Source: Candidatus Iainarchaeum sp. (lineage in GTDB: Archaea; Iainarchaeota; Iainarchaeia; Iainarchaeales; JAZDFD01). From it: a DNA stretch of 64,000 nt. The notes beneath the pieces were generated by a model. It saw only the letters and a list, made by a program, of their open reading frames with translations, searched no databases and was not told the origin of the DNA. The DNA lies in assembly GCA_043808155.1 (NCBI GenBank), contig JAZDFD010000026.1, forward strand, positions 19,817-83,816, written 5' to 3'. Positions 47,098 to 55,822 of the stretch are shown here, one piece after another. The stretch's first letter is position 1, and the number at the start of each line of letters is the position of its first letter. Position numbers and translations under genes: made by a program.

Positions 47098-48279
47098 ATG
47101 GAAAATTTGCCTTCAAAAATCAACAAAAAAAATGCATTAGATCTCTACGATTATGTTTTTACATTAGAGGAACAAGTACGCACACTTGAAGAAAAAAACC
47201 GAATTTTCAGAAATGAGACAGATTCACTTAGAATGAGATATGACAAATTAATGGCAGAACATAATGAAATTAAAAAATCACCGTATGTTCTTGGAACTAT
47301 TAGAGAAATGCTTGGTGATTCTGCAGTTGTCAGAGGTTGGAATAATAACGAACTAATTATTGATGTACCTGAAAAACTAAGAGAGGATTTGAACATTGGC
47401 ACACGAATTGCACTTACTCAAAGAGGCATGGGTATTATGAAAATTTTGCCCAAAACAAAAGACCCGAGAGCAAAAGCAATGGAAATTATTGAAAAACCAA
47501 AAATCTCATTTAAAAATATTGGCGGTTTGCATAATGAAATTCTGGATTTGCAGGAAGCAGTAATTCTTCCGTTAACAGAAGGTGAAAGATTTAAAAAATT
47601 AGGAATTGAGGCACCTAACGGAATTTTATTGCACGGTGCACCTGGAACAGGAAAAACAATGCTTGCAAAAGCACTTGCACATGAAAGTCACGCTACATTC
47701 ATAAGTTTAATAGGCTCAGAACTCGCAAGAAAATATATTGGTGAAGGTGCAGAATTAGTAAGAGATGTTTTTGCATTGGCAGAAGAAAAAAAACCTGCAA
47801 TTATTTTTATTGATGAAATTGATGCAATCGCATCAAGGCGAATAGATGAAGGAACTTCAGGTGACAGAGAAGTTCAGAGAACAATGATGCAGTTACTGAA
47901 TGAAATGGACGGGTTTAAAGAAAAAACCGGAATTAAAATTTTATCTGCAACAAACAGAATTGACGTTCTGGATGCTGCAATTCTAAGACCAGGACGATTT
48001 GATAGAATTGTCGAAATACCACTTCCAGAACTTGAAGCACGAAGAGAAATTTTCAAAATCCACACAAGCAAGATGACACTTGCAAAAGATGTTGATTTAG
48101 AAAAATTTGCAAAACTTACTGATGAAATGACTGGTGCGGATATAAAAGCACTATGTACAGAAGCAGGAATGTTTGCATTACGCGAAGAAGCAGATGAAAT
48201 TACAAATACACATTTCACAAAAGCATTAGACAAAGTAAAAAAACTGGTTTTTGAAGAACCACACCAAATGTTTTCCTAA
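47098..48279 (+). CDS. pan: proteasome-activating nucleotidase (AAA+ ATPase)
   Basis: 393 aa. N-terminal coiled coil, Walker A GAPGTGKTMLAKA, Walker B IIFIDEIDAI, and the second region of homology ATNRIDVLDAAILRPGRFD. Confidence 0.9.
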   Translation: MENLPSKINKKNALDLYDYVFTLEEQVRTLEEKNRIFRNETDSLRMRYDKLMAEHNEIKKSPYVLGTIREMLGDSAVVRGWNNNELIIDVPEKLREDLNIGTRIALTQRGMGIMKILPKTKDPRAKAMEIIEKPKISFKNIGGLHNEILDLQEAVILPLTEGERFKKLGIEAPNGILLHGAPGTGKTMLAKALAHESHATFISLIGSELARKYIGEGAELVRDVFALAEEKKPAIIFIDEIDAIASRRIDEGTSGDREVQRTMMQLLNEMDGFKEKTGIKILSATNRIDVLDAAILRPGRFDRIVEIPLPELEARREIFKIHTSKMTLAKDVDLEKFAKLTDEMTGADIKALCTEAGMFALREEADEITNTHFTKALDKVKKLVFEEPHQMFS

Positions 48280-48281
48280 TT

Positions 48282-48527
48282 TTAGGTCCAGTCGCGCATG
48301 CCTTCTTTTAATTTTTTAGTCCTGTGTTCATCAAACTTTTGAAGTAGTATTTTCTTTTCTATTTGAATTATGTCAGGAGAGTAGCCTCTTTCGTTGAGAT
48401 GATTATGAAAAATCCTGCTTGCACCTTTTCTTGAATGACCTAAATCCGCAATCATTTGCGAAAAAGTAGTTATTGGTATTCCTGCTTTTTCAGCGCGTTG
48501 TTTGTGTCTGTAAAATGTATTAGGCAA
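48282..48527 (-). CDS. hypothetical small protein (possible HTH)
   Basis: 81-aa ORF. TTTAAA at 48558-48563 sits about 30 nt upstream of its ATG. Confidence 0.45.
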   Translation of the reverse strand: MPNTFYRHKQRAEKAGIPITTFSQMIADLGHSRKGASRIFHNHLNERGYSPDIIQIEKKILLQKFDEHRTKKLKEGMRDWT

Positions 48528-48594
48528 ATTATCACCAATAAAAATAAGACGTTGAAGTTTAAAAACATTGCAATTGAACAGAAAGAAATTGAGC

Positions 48595-48692
48595 GAAGAA
48601 GGTCAGACCTTCTTCACAGCTAGAGATCGAACTCGGATAAGAATTGGATAGGCTCACCAGTCCGAGTTCAAATTGGGCTAAAATTAACCCAA
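48595..48692. ncRNA. candidate small structured RNA (three consecutive perfect hairpins) in a divergent intergenic region
   Basis: GAAGAAGGT-CAG-ACCTTCTTC (48595-48615). GAACTCGGA...TCCGAGTTC (48629-48669). TTGGG...CCCAA (48673-48692). The region lies between the promoters of the 48282-48527 gene and fen1, so these are not terminators. Strand undetermined. Confidence 0.3.
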
Positions 48693-48715
48693 TATATTAT
48701 GCGACATTCAGACTA

Positions 48716-48721
48716 TTTAAA
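48716..48721 (+). promoter_or_regulatory. TATA-like TTTAAA 28 nt upstream of the fen1 ATG
   Basis: Context GACTATTTAAAGG; the spacing is identical to purH. Confidence 0.4.
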
Positions 48722-48743
48722 GGTTTTGCCGGATAGTGTTAGT

Positions 48744-49769
48744 ATGGGAACTGCAATTGGAGAACTGCTTGAAAAAGAAGAATTTTCATTAGAGTATCTG
48801 GAAGGAAAACTCGTTGGAGTTGATTCATTTAATATTTTGTATCAGTTTCTTTCCTCAATAAGAAGTTATGACGGAACTCCTTTAATGGATTCAAAAGGAC
48901 GCGTAACATCACACATAACAGGACTTCTTTACAGAACAACAAACCTCTTACAAAAAGGAATAAAACCAATTTTTGTTTTTGACGGCGAACCGCATATACT
49001 GAAGGAAGAAACACGCAATGAAAGAAAAAAAATCAGAACAGATGCAAAAGAAAAATATGAACAAGCAAAAGAAGAAGGCGACGCGGAAAAAGCAAAAAAA
49101 TATGCACAGCAATCCGTACAATTAACTTCTGAAATGATAGAAGAATCAAAAAAACTTCTTCAGCTGATGGGGCTCCCGGTAATTCAGGCACCAAGTGAAG
49201 GCGAAGCACAAGCCTCACACATGGTTGCACAGGGAAAAATTTATGGCTGTGTTTCACAGGATTATGATTCATTACTTTTTGGTGCAAAAAGACTTCTCAG
49301 AAATGTCACTGTGACAGGAAGAAGAAAACTTCCCGGAAGGAATGTTTACATTGATGTAAAACCCGAAAAAATTGAACTTGAAAAAACACTTCAGAAATTA
49401 GGGATTACAAGAGAAAAATTAATTTGGATTGGAATTTTAGTCGGAACTGATTTCAATGAAAAGTTTCCTAAAGTTGGTGCAAAAACAGCAGTTAAATTAG
49501 TTCAGGAAAATAATTCATTTGAGGACATAATAAAAGCAACAAATCATACACCTGATTTTGATTATAAGGAAATTGAAGAACTTTTTATGAAACCGGAATT
49601 CACTGATGATTACAAAATTGAATTCAATTCACCTGACAAAGATGCAATAATAAAATTCCTTTGTACAGAACATGATTTTTCAGAAGAAAGAGTTTCAAGT
49701 GCGTTAAAAAAAATAGAAACAAAATTAGAAGAAACCGGAACTCAAAGCACACTGGATGCTTGGGGTTAA
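48744..49769 (+). CDS. fen: flap endonuclease 1
   Basis: MGTAIGELL...VDSFNILYQFLSSIR...DGTPLMDSKGRVTSHITGLLYRT...KPIFVFDGEPHILK. I use ATG 48744; the track start at 48699 adds 15 non-conserved residues. Confidence 0.9.
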   Translation: MGTAIGELLEKEEFSLEYLEGKLVGVDSFNILYQFLSSIRSYDGTPLMDSKGRVTSHITGLLYRTTNLLQKGIKPIFVFDGEPHILKEETRNERKKIRTDAKEKYEQAKEEGDAEKAKKYAQQSVQLTSEMIEESKKLLQLMGLPVIQAPSEGEAQASHMVAQGKIYGCVSQDYDSLLFGAKRLLRNVTVTGRRKLPGRNVYIDVKPEKIELEKTLQKLGITREKLIWIGILVGTDFNEKFPKVGAKTAVKLVQENNSFEDIIKATNHTPDFDYKEIEELFMKPEFTDDYKIEFNSPDKDAIIKFLCTEHDFSEERVSSALKKIETKLEETGTQSTLDAWG

Positions 49770-50644
49770 ATTAACAGAATTGCACCTGCAAAAATAAGAA
49801 CTAATGAAATCAATTTTCTTAACAGATGTTTCTTTTCAAGTTCTTCTTTCAAAATATCTGGTCTGAAAATGCTTATTATCAGAGCAAAAAGAAAAACAAA
49901 TGCGGGCTGTACAGAATAGATTAGTGATATCAAAGTTACTGAACCTAATGCGAGAGCAAAGAAAAAAATAAGATACGCAGATGCGCTTGCACTTTCTGCA
50001 ATAAAAGAAACTGGAATGATTTTTTTGTTTTGTTTGAACATTGATAATGTTTCTTTCATTTGCGGAAGCAAAATAATTAAGATTATCAGAAAATAGAACA
50101 TTTTAAGCCAAACAAATAAAGTTATAAAATCAGTAAATGATAAAGTGAATTTTATGATAACATCATAAATTGCAAATACTAATGAAGCTATAATCATGAG
50201 AATTAACTCTTTCTCAAAAAGTGAGCTTATTGTTTTTCTGAAAGAAATCAGAAAAACACCTGCAAAAACAACAAAAAATCCAATGTATTGCTGCAGTGTT
50301 AATATTTCGGACAGAAACAAATAAGCCAAAATCAGAACAAAAATAGGGTTAATCTGAAACACGAGCATTGCTTTTGAGACTTCTTCTTTCTGCAGAGCTT
50401 TAAGATAAAGCAAAGTTCCGCTTACATTCAAAACAGCCAAAATTAATGCAATTAAAATAATCTCAAAATCAGGAAAATTCAAATTTAAATAAATTTGGAG
50501 CAGTACAGCAACTGAAAAACTCACTATTCCGCTTATGAGCATATAATTAATTGGTTTTATTCGATTAGAAACAACGTATTTATCAACAATATTTACTGCA
50601 GCCCAAATTACAGTAGCTAAAATAACAAGATACAGCCAAAGCAT
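49766..50644 (-). CDS. EamA/DMT-superfamily transporter
   Basis: 292 aa, 10 predicted TM segments, two-repeat layout. Confidence 0.7.
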   Translation of the reverse strand: MLWLYLVILATVIWAAVNIVDKYVVSNRIKPINYMLISGIVSFSVAVLLQIYLNLNFPDFEIILIALILAVLNVSGTLLYLKALQKEEVSKAMLVFQINPIFVLILAYLFLSEILTLQQYIGFFVVFAGVFLISFRKTISSLFEKELILMIIASLVFAIYDVIIKFTLSFTDFITLFVWLKMFYFLIILIILLPQMKETLSMFKQNKKIIPVSFIAESASASAYLIFFFALALGSVTLISLIYSVQPAFVFLFALIISIFRPDILKEELEKKHLLRKLISLVLIFAGAILLI

Positions 50645-50648
50645 AAAA

Positions 50649-51290
50649 TCACTCTTTTAAAGGAACAAAAACAAATGCTCCAAGTTCATAAGCTGTTCTT
50701 TCCTCAAATTCAGAATTTTTCTTTTCAACAATATGCATAAACTGAGTATGGAAACTGCCTACAGGTGCAACTAATTTCCCGTTTTCAGCAAGTGATTTTT
50801 TGAGGTTTGCAGAAATTTCACTACATGCACATGATATTAAAATTCTGTCAAAATTTTTTTCTTCAGGAAAACCTTCCTGTCCGTTTCCGTATGTTACACA
50901 GATTTTTTCGTATCCTGAGTTTTTCAGGTTTTCTTTCGCAAGAGAAACTAATTCGGGCACAATTTCAATCCCAAAAACTTTTCCTTCTTTCCCTGCAAGT
51001 TCTTTCAAAAGAACAAGAACATAGCCGCAACCTGAACCAACTTCAAGAACTTTCATCCCTTTCTGAACATCAAGCAGTTCCAGCATTACTGCAATTGTTG
51101 AAGGCTGGGAAATGGTCTGCCCATAACCAATTGAAAATGCAGAATCAGCATAAGCATAGTCTTTCTGATGTTTGGGAAAGAAATTTTCCCGCGGAATGTT
51201 CATAAAAGCATTTACAACTGAGGAAGATTTTAAAACACCGGAATTTTGCATGGAAGCAACTAATTTTTTTCTTTTTTCTGAAAAATCCAT
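50649..51290 (-). CDS. pcm: protein-L-isoaspartate O-methyltransferase
   Basis: 213 aa. GQTISQPSTIAVMLELL and VLEVGSGCGY. Confidence 0.85.
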   Translation of the reverse strand: MDFSEKRKKLVASMQNSGVLKSSSVVNAFMNIPRENFFPKHQKDYAYADSAFSIGYGQTISQPSTIAVMLELLDVQKGMKVLEVGSGCGYVLVLLKELAGKEGKVFGIEIVPELVSLAKENLKNSGYEKICVTYGNGQEGFPEEKNFDRILISCACSEISANLKKSLAENGKLVAPVGSFHTQFMHIVEKKNSEFEERTAYELGAFVFVPLKE

Positions 51291-51294
51291 TTAA

Positions 51295-52248
51295 TCAGTC
51301 CTTTGATTTTTCTCTTTCCTTGATCAATTCAAGTAATTCTTTGAACCTTGAGAATGAATCTAATTCTTCTTCCTGCACAAGTGCAGAACCATCAATGTTT
51401 TTTCTGGAGAATTCTTCTTTAGTGATTATTACTGAATGGGTTCCCAAAGCATCTTTTGCCTGCCGCATTATGATTGCTTTTCTTTTGATTTTAATTTTTG
51501 ATTCTTCGGGGGAAATTATTAATTTATCATCAGGATTTGAAATCACTTTGAATGGTGCGTGTTTAAACTCCTGCATTTTGAAACCTAATGCATGCATTTT
51601 TTCAAGAGCTTCGTGTTCAGGTTTATCTGAAAATAAATGTGCTTTGTCAGTAGATTTGTCTGAATTTAACTTGTCCAAATCAAATAAATCAATTTGCCGA
51701 ATGAGTTTAGTATTGAAATAATCCTCCAGTTTACGTGCAACCTGCAGTGATGCTTTTGCACCATGTTCATATCTGTTAAGTGACTCAGGTGTTGTACCAA
51801 TATCAAGGGCAATTTCACTCATTGGAATTTTTTTCTTTTCTCGGAATTTCTTTAATTTTTCAGAATCTAATTCTACAATATCCCTGCCCTTAAACGAACT
51901 GACACTTGGCATATTTCCCGTGAGAAAATCAGAAAATGTTTCAATATTCAAAACTGAAATCCCATATCTGTTGTAAATTGCACTAGTCTCAAGAGTGAAT
52001 TTTTTAGTTTTTTTACCAATTATCAAAACTGAAGAATTGAAAATCTCACCTAATTTTTCAAGCTCGTCTGCATGTTCGGGTCTTAATGAATCAACATTAT
52101 CAAACACTTTTATAAGAAGTGAAATCCCCTTTCGTTTAGCAACTAAATCAAAACATGTGTTTGTATGCATAAAAGAGCTCACGCTGAATCCATGTGACTG
52201 TAAAAGCGAAATTACTTTTTGAAGTACTATGTTTCTTTCATCAGACAT
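51295..52248 (-). CDS. archaeal HTH (XRE-type) transcriptional regulator, COG1395-like
   Basis: 317 aa. Central HTH MSEIALDIGTTPESLNRYEHGAKASLQVARKLE. Confidence 0.6.
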   Translation of the reverse strand: MSDERNIVLQKVISLLQSHGFSVSSFMHTNTCFDLVAKRKGISLLIKVFDNVDSLRPEHADELEKLGEIFNSSVLIIGKKTKKFTLETSAIYNRYGISVLNIETFSDFLTGNMPSVSSFKGRDIVELDSEKLKKFREKKKIPMSEIALDIGTTPESLNRYEHGAKASLQVARKLEDYFNTKLIRQIDLFDLDKLNSDKSTDKAHLFSDKPEHEALEKMHALGFKMQEFKHAPFKVISNPDDKLIISPEESKIKIKRKAIIMRQAKDALGTHSVIITKEEFSRKNIDGSALVQEEELDSFSRFKELLELIKEREKSKD

Positions 52249-52838
52249 TCTGCAACCTCTGTTAAAGACTTAGCTTCCAAATCTGCTTTGAAATTGATTT
52301 CACTATTAAACCATTTATCTCGTTCTGTTTTAAAAAACACTGTTTTCATTCCGAGTTTGTGAGCAGCCATAAGATTTCGTTTTTGGTCATCTACAAAGAA
52401 GGTCTCTTCTGCTTTTGCATTTAATTGTGAAAGTGCATATTTATAAATTTTAGAATCTGGTTTTTTCATTTTGCAATTCGCACTTATAACAATTGAATCA
52501 AAAAGTGAATTGAAATCATACTTTTCAATTAGGTAATCTGCCCAGCTTCCGACAAAATTTGAAAGCAGACTTAATTTGTATTTTGGTTTGAGTTTTTTTA
52601 GCATATGAAAGTCATTATTGATTTCAAGTGAATCTAAAAACTTATTTTCTGTTTCTTTCCAGTCTGAAACACCTTTCCAAAAATCAGCATCTGAAATTTC
52701 GCCAACTTTAGCAAGCTGATATCGTTCAATAAGTGTTTCATAAGACACCTGTTCCTTAACAAAAGGAATCAGACTGAATGGAATTACTGCACCTTCCTTT
52801 AAAACAACTCCAGCCATATCAAAAATGACTGTCTGCAT
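52227..52838 (-). CDS. HAD-superfamily hydrolase
   Basis: 203 aa. N-terminal VIFDMAGVV (DxD-type motif I region) and FVDDQKRNLMAAHKLGM (motif IV). Confidence 0.7.
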   Translation of the reverse strand: MQTVIFDMAGVVLKEGAVIPFSLIPFVKEQVSYETLIERYQLAKVGEISDADFWKGVSDWKETENKFLDSLEINNDFHMLKKLKPKYKLSLLSNFVGSWADYLIEKYDFNSLFDSIVISANCKMKKPDSKIYKYALSQLNAKAEETFFVDDQKRNLMAAHKLGMKTVFFKTERDKWFNSEINFKADLEAKSLTEVAECLMKET

Positions 52839-53660
52839 TTAAACCCCTACAACGCCCATGAGGAAACCAATTAATGCAGTAAACATAGCAGCTTTTGTCA
52901 ATGCAGAAAAACGAGAGTAGTTTTTACTGTAAAGCATAACTAAAGAAAACAAAAATAAAACATTTGCAAAAGTTACAATTGCTATTGATAAAAGATTGCC
53001 ATATGAATAGAAAACAAAGGGTACATAAACTAAAATTATTGCAATAACCAAAAATGAAGTAATCATTGAAACAACTATTTTCTCAGGAAGAATCATTGGC
53101 AGAGTTTTTTTGAACCCAAAATCATTTTTTAAATCATCAAAGTCTTTTCCAATTTCACGTGACACATTTGTAAGCATTGCAACTAATGCAAAAAGCAAAA
53201 CAGTTAATGTTAGTTCAAAAGCAGCAGCACCAAAAATTATCGTAAAACCAGTTGCAGCTGCAACAATCCAGTTTCCAATATATTTGTATTCTCTCCATGA
53301 TGCAGAATAATGAATGAGCAAAAGTGAAAACAAAAATGCAATTGCTAATGTTTGGGGGTTTATAAGTGCAGCAAATGCATTTCCGGAAACAAAAAGAAAA
53401 ACAGCGAGCATTAATGCAGTTGACGCATGAATTTTTTTGCTGGGAATAGGTCTTTCAGGTCTTAACGATTTATCTACATCTCTGTCAAAGTAATCATTAA
53501 TTACCATTCCGCCTGCAGAAACTAAAAGTGCAGCCAGCATTGCAAAAAGAACAATAAAATTAAATTCAATTGTTCCTGCAGCGATACTGTAACCTACAAA
53601 AGCCCCAAAGGCGGCCATAAGAGAGTTAATTGGTCGTATAATTTGGATGAATGGGTGCAT
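52839..53660 (-). CDS. UbiA-family prenyltransferase, digeranylgeranylglyceryl phosphate synthase-like
   Basis: 273 aa, multi-TM, Asp-rich motif VINDYFDRDVD. Confidence 0.7.
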   Translation of the reverse strand: MHPFIQIIRPINSLMAAFGAFVGYSIAAGTIEFNFIVLFAMLAALLVSAGGMVINDYFDRDVDKSLRPERPIPSKKIHASTALMLAVFLFVSGNAFAALINPQTLAIAFLFSLLLIHYSASWREYKYIGNWIVAAATGFTIIFGAAAFELTLTVLLFALVAMLTNVSREIGKDFDDLKNDFGFKKTLPMILPEKIVVSMITSFLVIAIILVYVPFVFYSYGNLLSIAIVTFANVLFLFSLVMLYSKNYSRFSALTKAAMFTALIGFLMGVVGV

Positions 53661-53670
53661 TTTAATCCCA

Positions 53671-53841
53671 TTACTTAGAGCCGGTTTTTTTGGTTTTATG
53701 CTTAACCCTAAGTCTTTTTGTGCCGCATTTTCGGCATTTTAATGGTTTCTTGCCTTTACTGGAACGGTTCTTTGCATTGCATTTCATGCAAATCCAAACG
53801 TTCTCAAAAAGCCTTTTGTCAGCTTCTTCAAATCTTGCCAT
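53671..53841 (-). CDS. rpl40e: ribosomal protein eL40 (L40e)
   Basis: Below the ORF-track cutoff. Own translation: [56 protein letters not shown], with a CxxC...CxxC zinc ribbon and the MARF start typical of L40e. Confidence 0.8.
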   Translation of the reverse strand: MARFEEADKRLFENVWICMKCNAKNRSSKGKKPLKCRKCGTKRLRVKHKTKKTGSK

Positions 53842-53904
53842 AGTGTGTCACTTTTTACTGTTTCCAATTTATTATTGTTAATAATGAAGATATAACCTAT
53901 AACA

Positions 53905-53910
53905 TTTAAA
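53905..53910 (+). promoter_or_regulatory. TATA-like TTTAAA 38 nt upstream of tRNA-Glu
   Basis: Context ACATTTAAAAGCTTAC. tRNA-Asn has the same element 40 nt upstream. Confidence 0.4.
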
Positions 53911-53942
53911 AGCTTACATTTCATAAAGTATGTTCAATATTT

Positions 53943-54113
53943 GCCCCTGTAGTGTAGCGGCCAAGCATCCTGCCCTTTCAAACCCGCTTTCGAGCGGGTG
54001 GGCCGAGATATGTGTGTTATTTCGTTTTGACTCAATAACACGATAATATTTGAAATCATATCTTAGGCTTTCGAAGACAGGCGGTGACCCGGGTTCGAGT
54101 CCCGGCGGGGGCA
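53943..54113 (+). tRNA. tRNA-Glu(TTC) with a 98-nt intron at or near position 37/38 (about 53981-54078)
   Basis: Hand-folded. GCCCCTG TA GTGT AGCGGCCAA GCAT C CTGCC CTTTCA|intron|A GGCGG TGAC CCGGG TTCGAGT CCCGG CGGGGGC A. Exon CTTT pairs with intron GAAG, leaving a 3-nt ACA bulge at the 3' splice site (relaxed BHB). Confidence 0.85.
53983..54068 (+). ncRNA. conserved structured module, copy inside the tRNA-Glu intron
   Basis: CCCGCT-TTCG-AGCGGG hairpin (53983-53998), the 12-mer CCGAGATATGTG (54003-54014), hairpin GTGTTATT/AATAACAC, and CGATAATAT. Collinear with the tRNA-Leu and tRNA-Ala trailers. Confidence 0.55.
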
Positions 54114-54184
54114 ATTAACTTTTTATTTTTCTTAATCGCTGAAACTCTAAAATTTAAATAGTATTTATACGTTAAGTGTGACAG

Positions 54185-55654
54185 CTAATTTTCAATTATT
54201 TTAATACTCACAAGAAATGGTGAGGAAGATGTTGTTGCTATTTTAACTGCCATGCGTTGCACATCGCCGCCGGTAACTTCGGGACCACCTGTGTATCTGA
54301 GTATGCCCCCGCCATCGTTAAAAAACTGCATTGCAGGCGGTGCATATCTTTCTTCATTTGTTATTGTACCCCCGCCATATCCAACTACAGTCTGTTTGTA
54401 TTCAACTCCATAAACCATATCCAATACAAAAACTCTTGGGGCATCTTTTAAAAGTAAAAATTCTCTTTTTTCACCAACAGAAAGTTTTTCATAACCACCT
54501 GAAATTAAATTCAAATATTCTGTTCTTTCTTTATAATTCGTGCCGCAACTTTGATATTCTATTTCTGATTCAGCAGGTTTTTCTGTTTCAGTTCCGCAGT
54601 CATTATTATCTGTACAGGTTCTTGTTCTTGTTCGTGACTGTTCTGAATTAACACATGTACTCCATGCACTCCATGAACTCCAGCCACTGCAGTCCCAATC
54701 TTCAGTACATGGTATCTCATCTAAACATTTAGTTGGGGCGCAACCAAATTCACAAACTTCAGAAGAGGCATAATCACAACTTCCGTCTGAACAGGAGCCA
54801 GTGAAATATCGTGTTTCATTATCACAATATGGTTCACAACTAATTCCTTCACATGGATCGCCCTTACAAGTTCCAGACTCACATCCGAATATACAATTTA
54901 CTTCAGTATATTCGCACACAGGAACTCCAGTTTCTGAATAGCAAACACCATTAATATTTTTTGTGCTTTCATCTTTGCATCCATCTTCGCATATCACGCC
55001 GTCACAGGGATCTGGATTACATAATGCATTTTCACAACCAAATTCACAATTTTCTGTTGAGTAAGTGCAAATAGCATTATTACATATCCCATCATATTTT
55101 CGATCATCAGTATTTATGCATTGATCTGGGTCGCAAACCACGCCCTGACAGGGATCCTCATTACATAAACCATCTGTACAGCCAATAACGCATTCTTTTG
55201 TATCGTAATCACATGAACCATCTACGGGATTGCAAACGCCATTATATTTTTGATTGTTGTCCACATCACATTCATTTTCACAAACTACAGTTTCACACAA
55301 ATCGGGTTCTGATTTGCATTCTCCATCTTCACAACCATAGTCGCAATCCATATCTTCATAATGACAAAAACCATCTAGTGGATTGCATTCACCGTCATAA
55401 TAGAGCGTATTCACGCCCGCACCACAATAATTACCTGTGCAGGTTACACCATCACAAAGGTCTTTAAGCTCAGGAAAAATATCGCCGCCGAAATCATCAT
55501 ATGCACTAATGATTTTATCCTCACCAGTTTCAGATGTGGATTTACCAAATCCGCCAAGATTAGCCATAATGGCAATTAAAATTGCAACAACCAGAAGCGC
55601 ACCTGCGATAAGCAACAGATATTCCATTGAGCCCTGTGCTTTTGAAAATTTCAT
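54185..55654 (-). CDS. pilin-like (class III signal peptide) surface protein with five Cys-rich repeats and a thrombospondin type-1-like repeat
   Basis: N-terminus MKFSKAQGSMEYLLLIAGALLVVAILIAIM has the archaeal type IV pilin signal QGSxEYLLL. Five ~50-aa C-x-GV-x-C repeats span aa 66-315. A TSR-like module spans aa 316-371. A C-terminal ~115-aa domain follows. Confidence 0.75.
   Translation of the reverse strand: MKFSKAQGSMEYLLLIAGALLVVAILIAIMANLGGFGKSTSETGEDKIISAYDDFGGDIFPELKDLCDGVTCTGNYCGAGVNTLYYDGECNPLDGFCHYEDMDCDYGCEDGECKSEPDLCETVVCENECDVDNNQKYNGVCNPVDGSCDYDTKECVIGCTDGLCNEDPCQGVVCDPDQCINTDDRKYDGICNNAICTYSTENCEFGCENALCNPDPCDGVICEDGCKDESTKNINGVCYSETGVPVCEYTEVNCIFGCESGTCKGDPCEGISCEPYCDNETRYFTGSCSDGSCDYASSEVCEFGCAPTKCLDEIPCTEDWDCSGWSSWSAWSTCVNSEQSRTRTRTCTDNNDCGTETEKPAESEIEYQSCGTNYKERTEYLNLISGGYEKLSVGEKREFLLLKDAPRVFVLDMVYGVEYKQTVVGYGGGTITNEERYAPPAMQFFNDGGGILRYTGGPEVTGGDVQRMAVKIATTSSSPFLVSIKIIEN
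54542..54709 (-). other. thrombospondin type-1 repeat-like module within the pilin-like protein
   Basis: CTEDWDCSGWSSWSAWSTCVNSEQSRTRTRTCTDNNDCGTETEKPAESEIEYQSCG contains WxxWxxW, RxRxR and six Cys. Confidence 0.6.
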
Positions 55655-55822
55655 GAAAGTATTACACTTTTGTTATTTAAAATGATTTCCATTCAAGCAA
55701 AAAAGACCCTAATCAGAGGCAGACACCTGTACTGGCAAATCCAAACTAATATAAATCAGAATAATGTTATAATTACAGTTAAATTGCAATAAATATTGCA
55801 AAAACTTAAAGGAGGTGAAACA

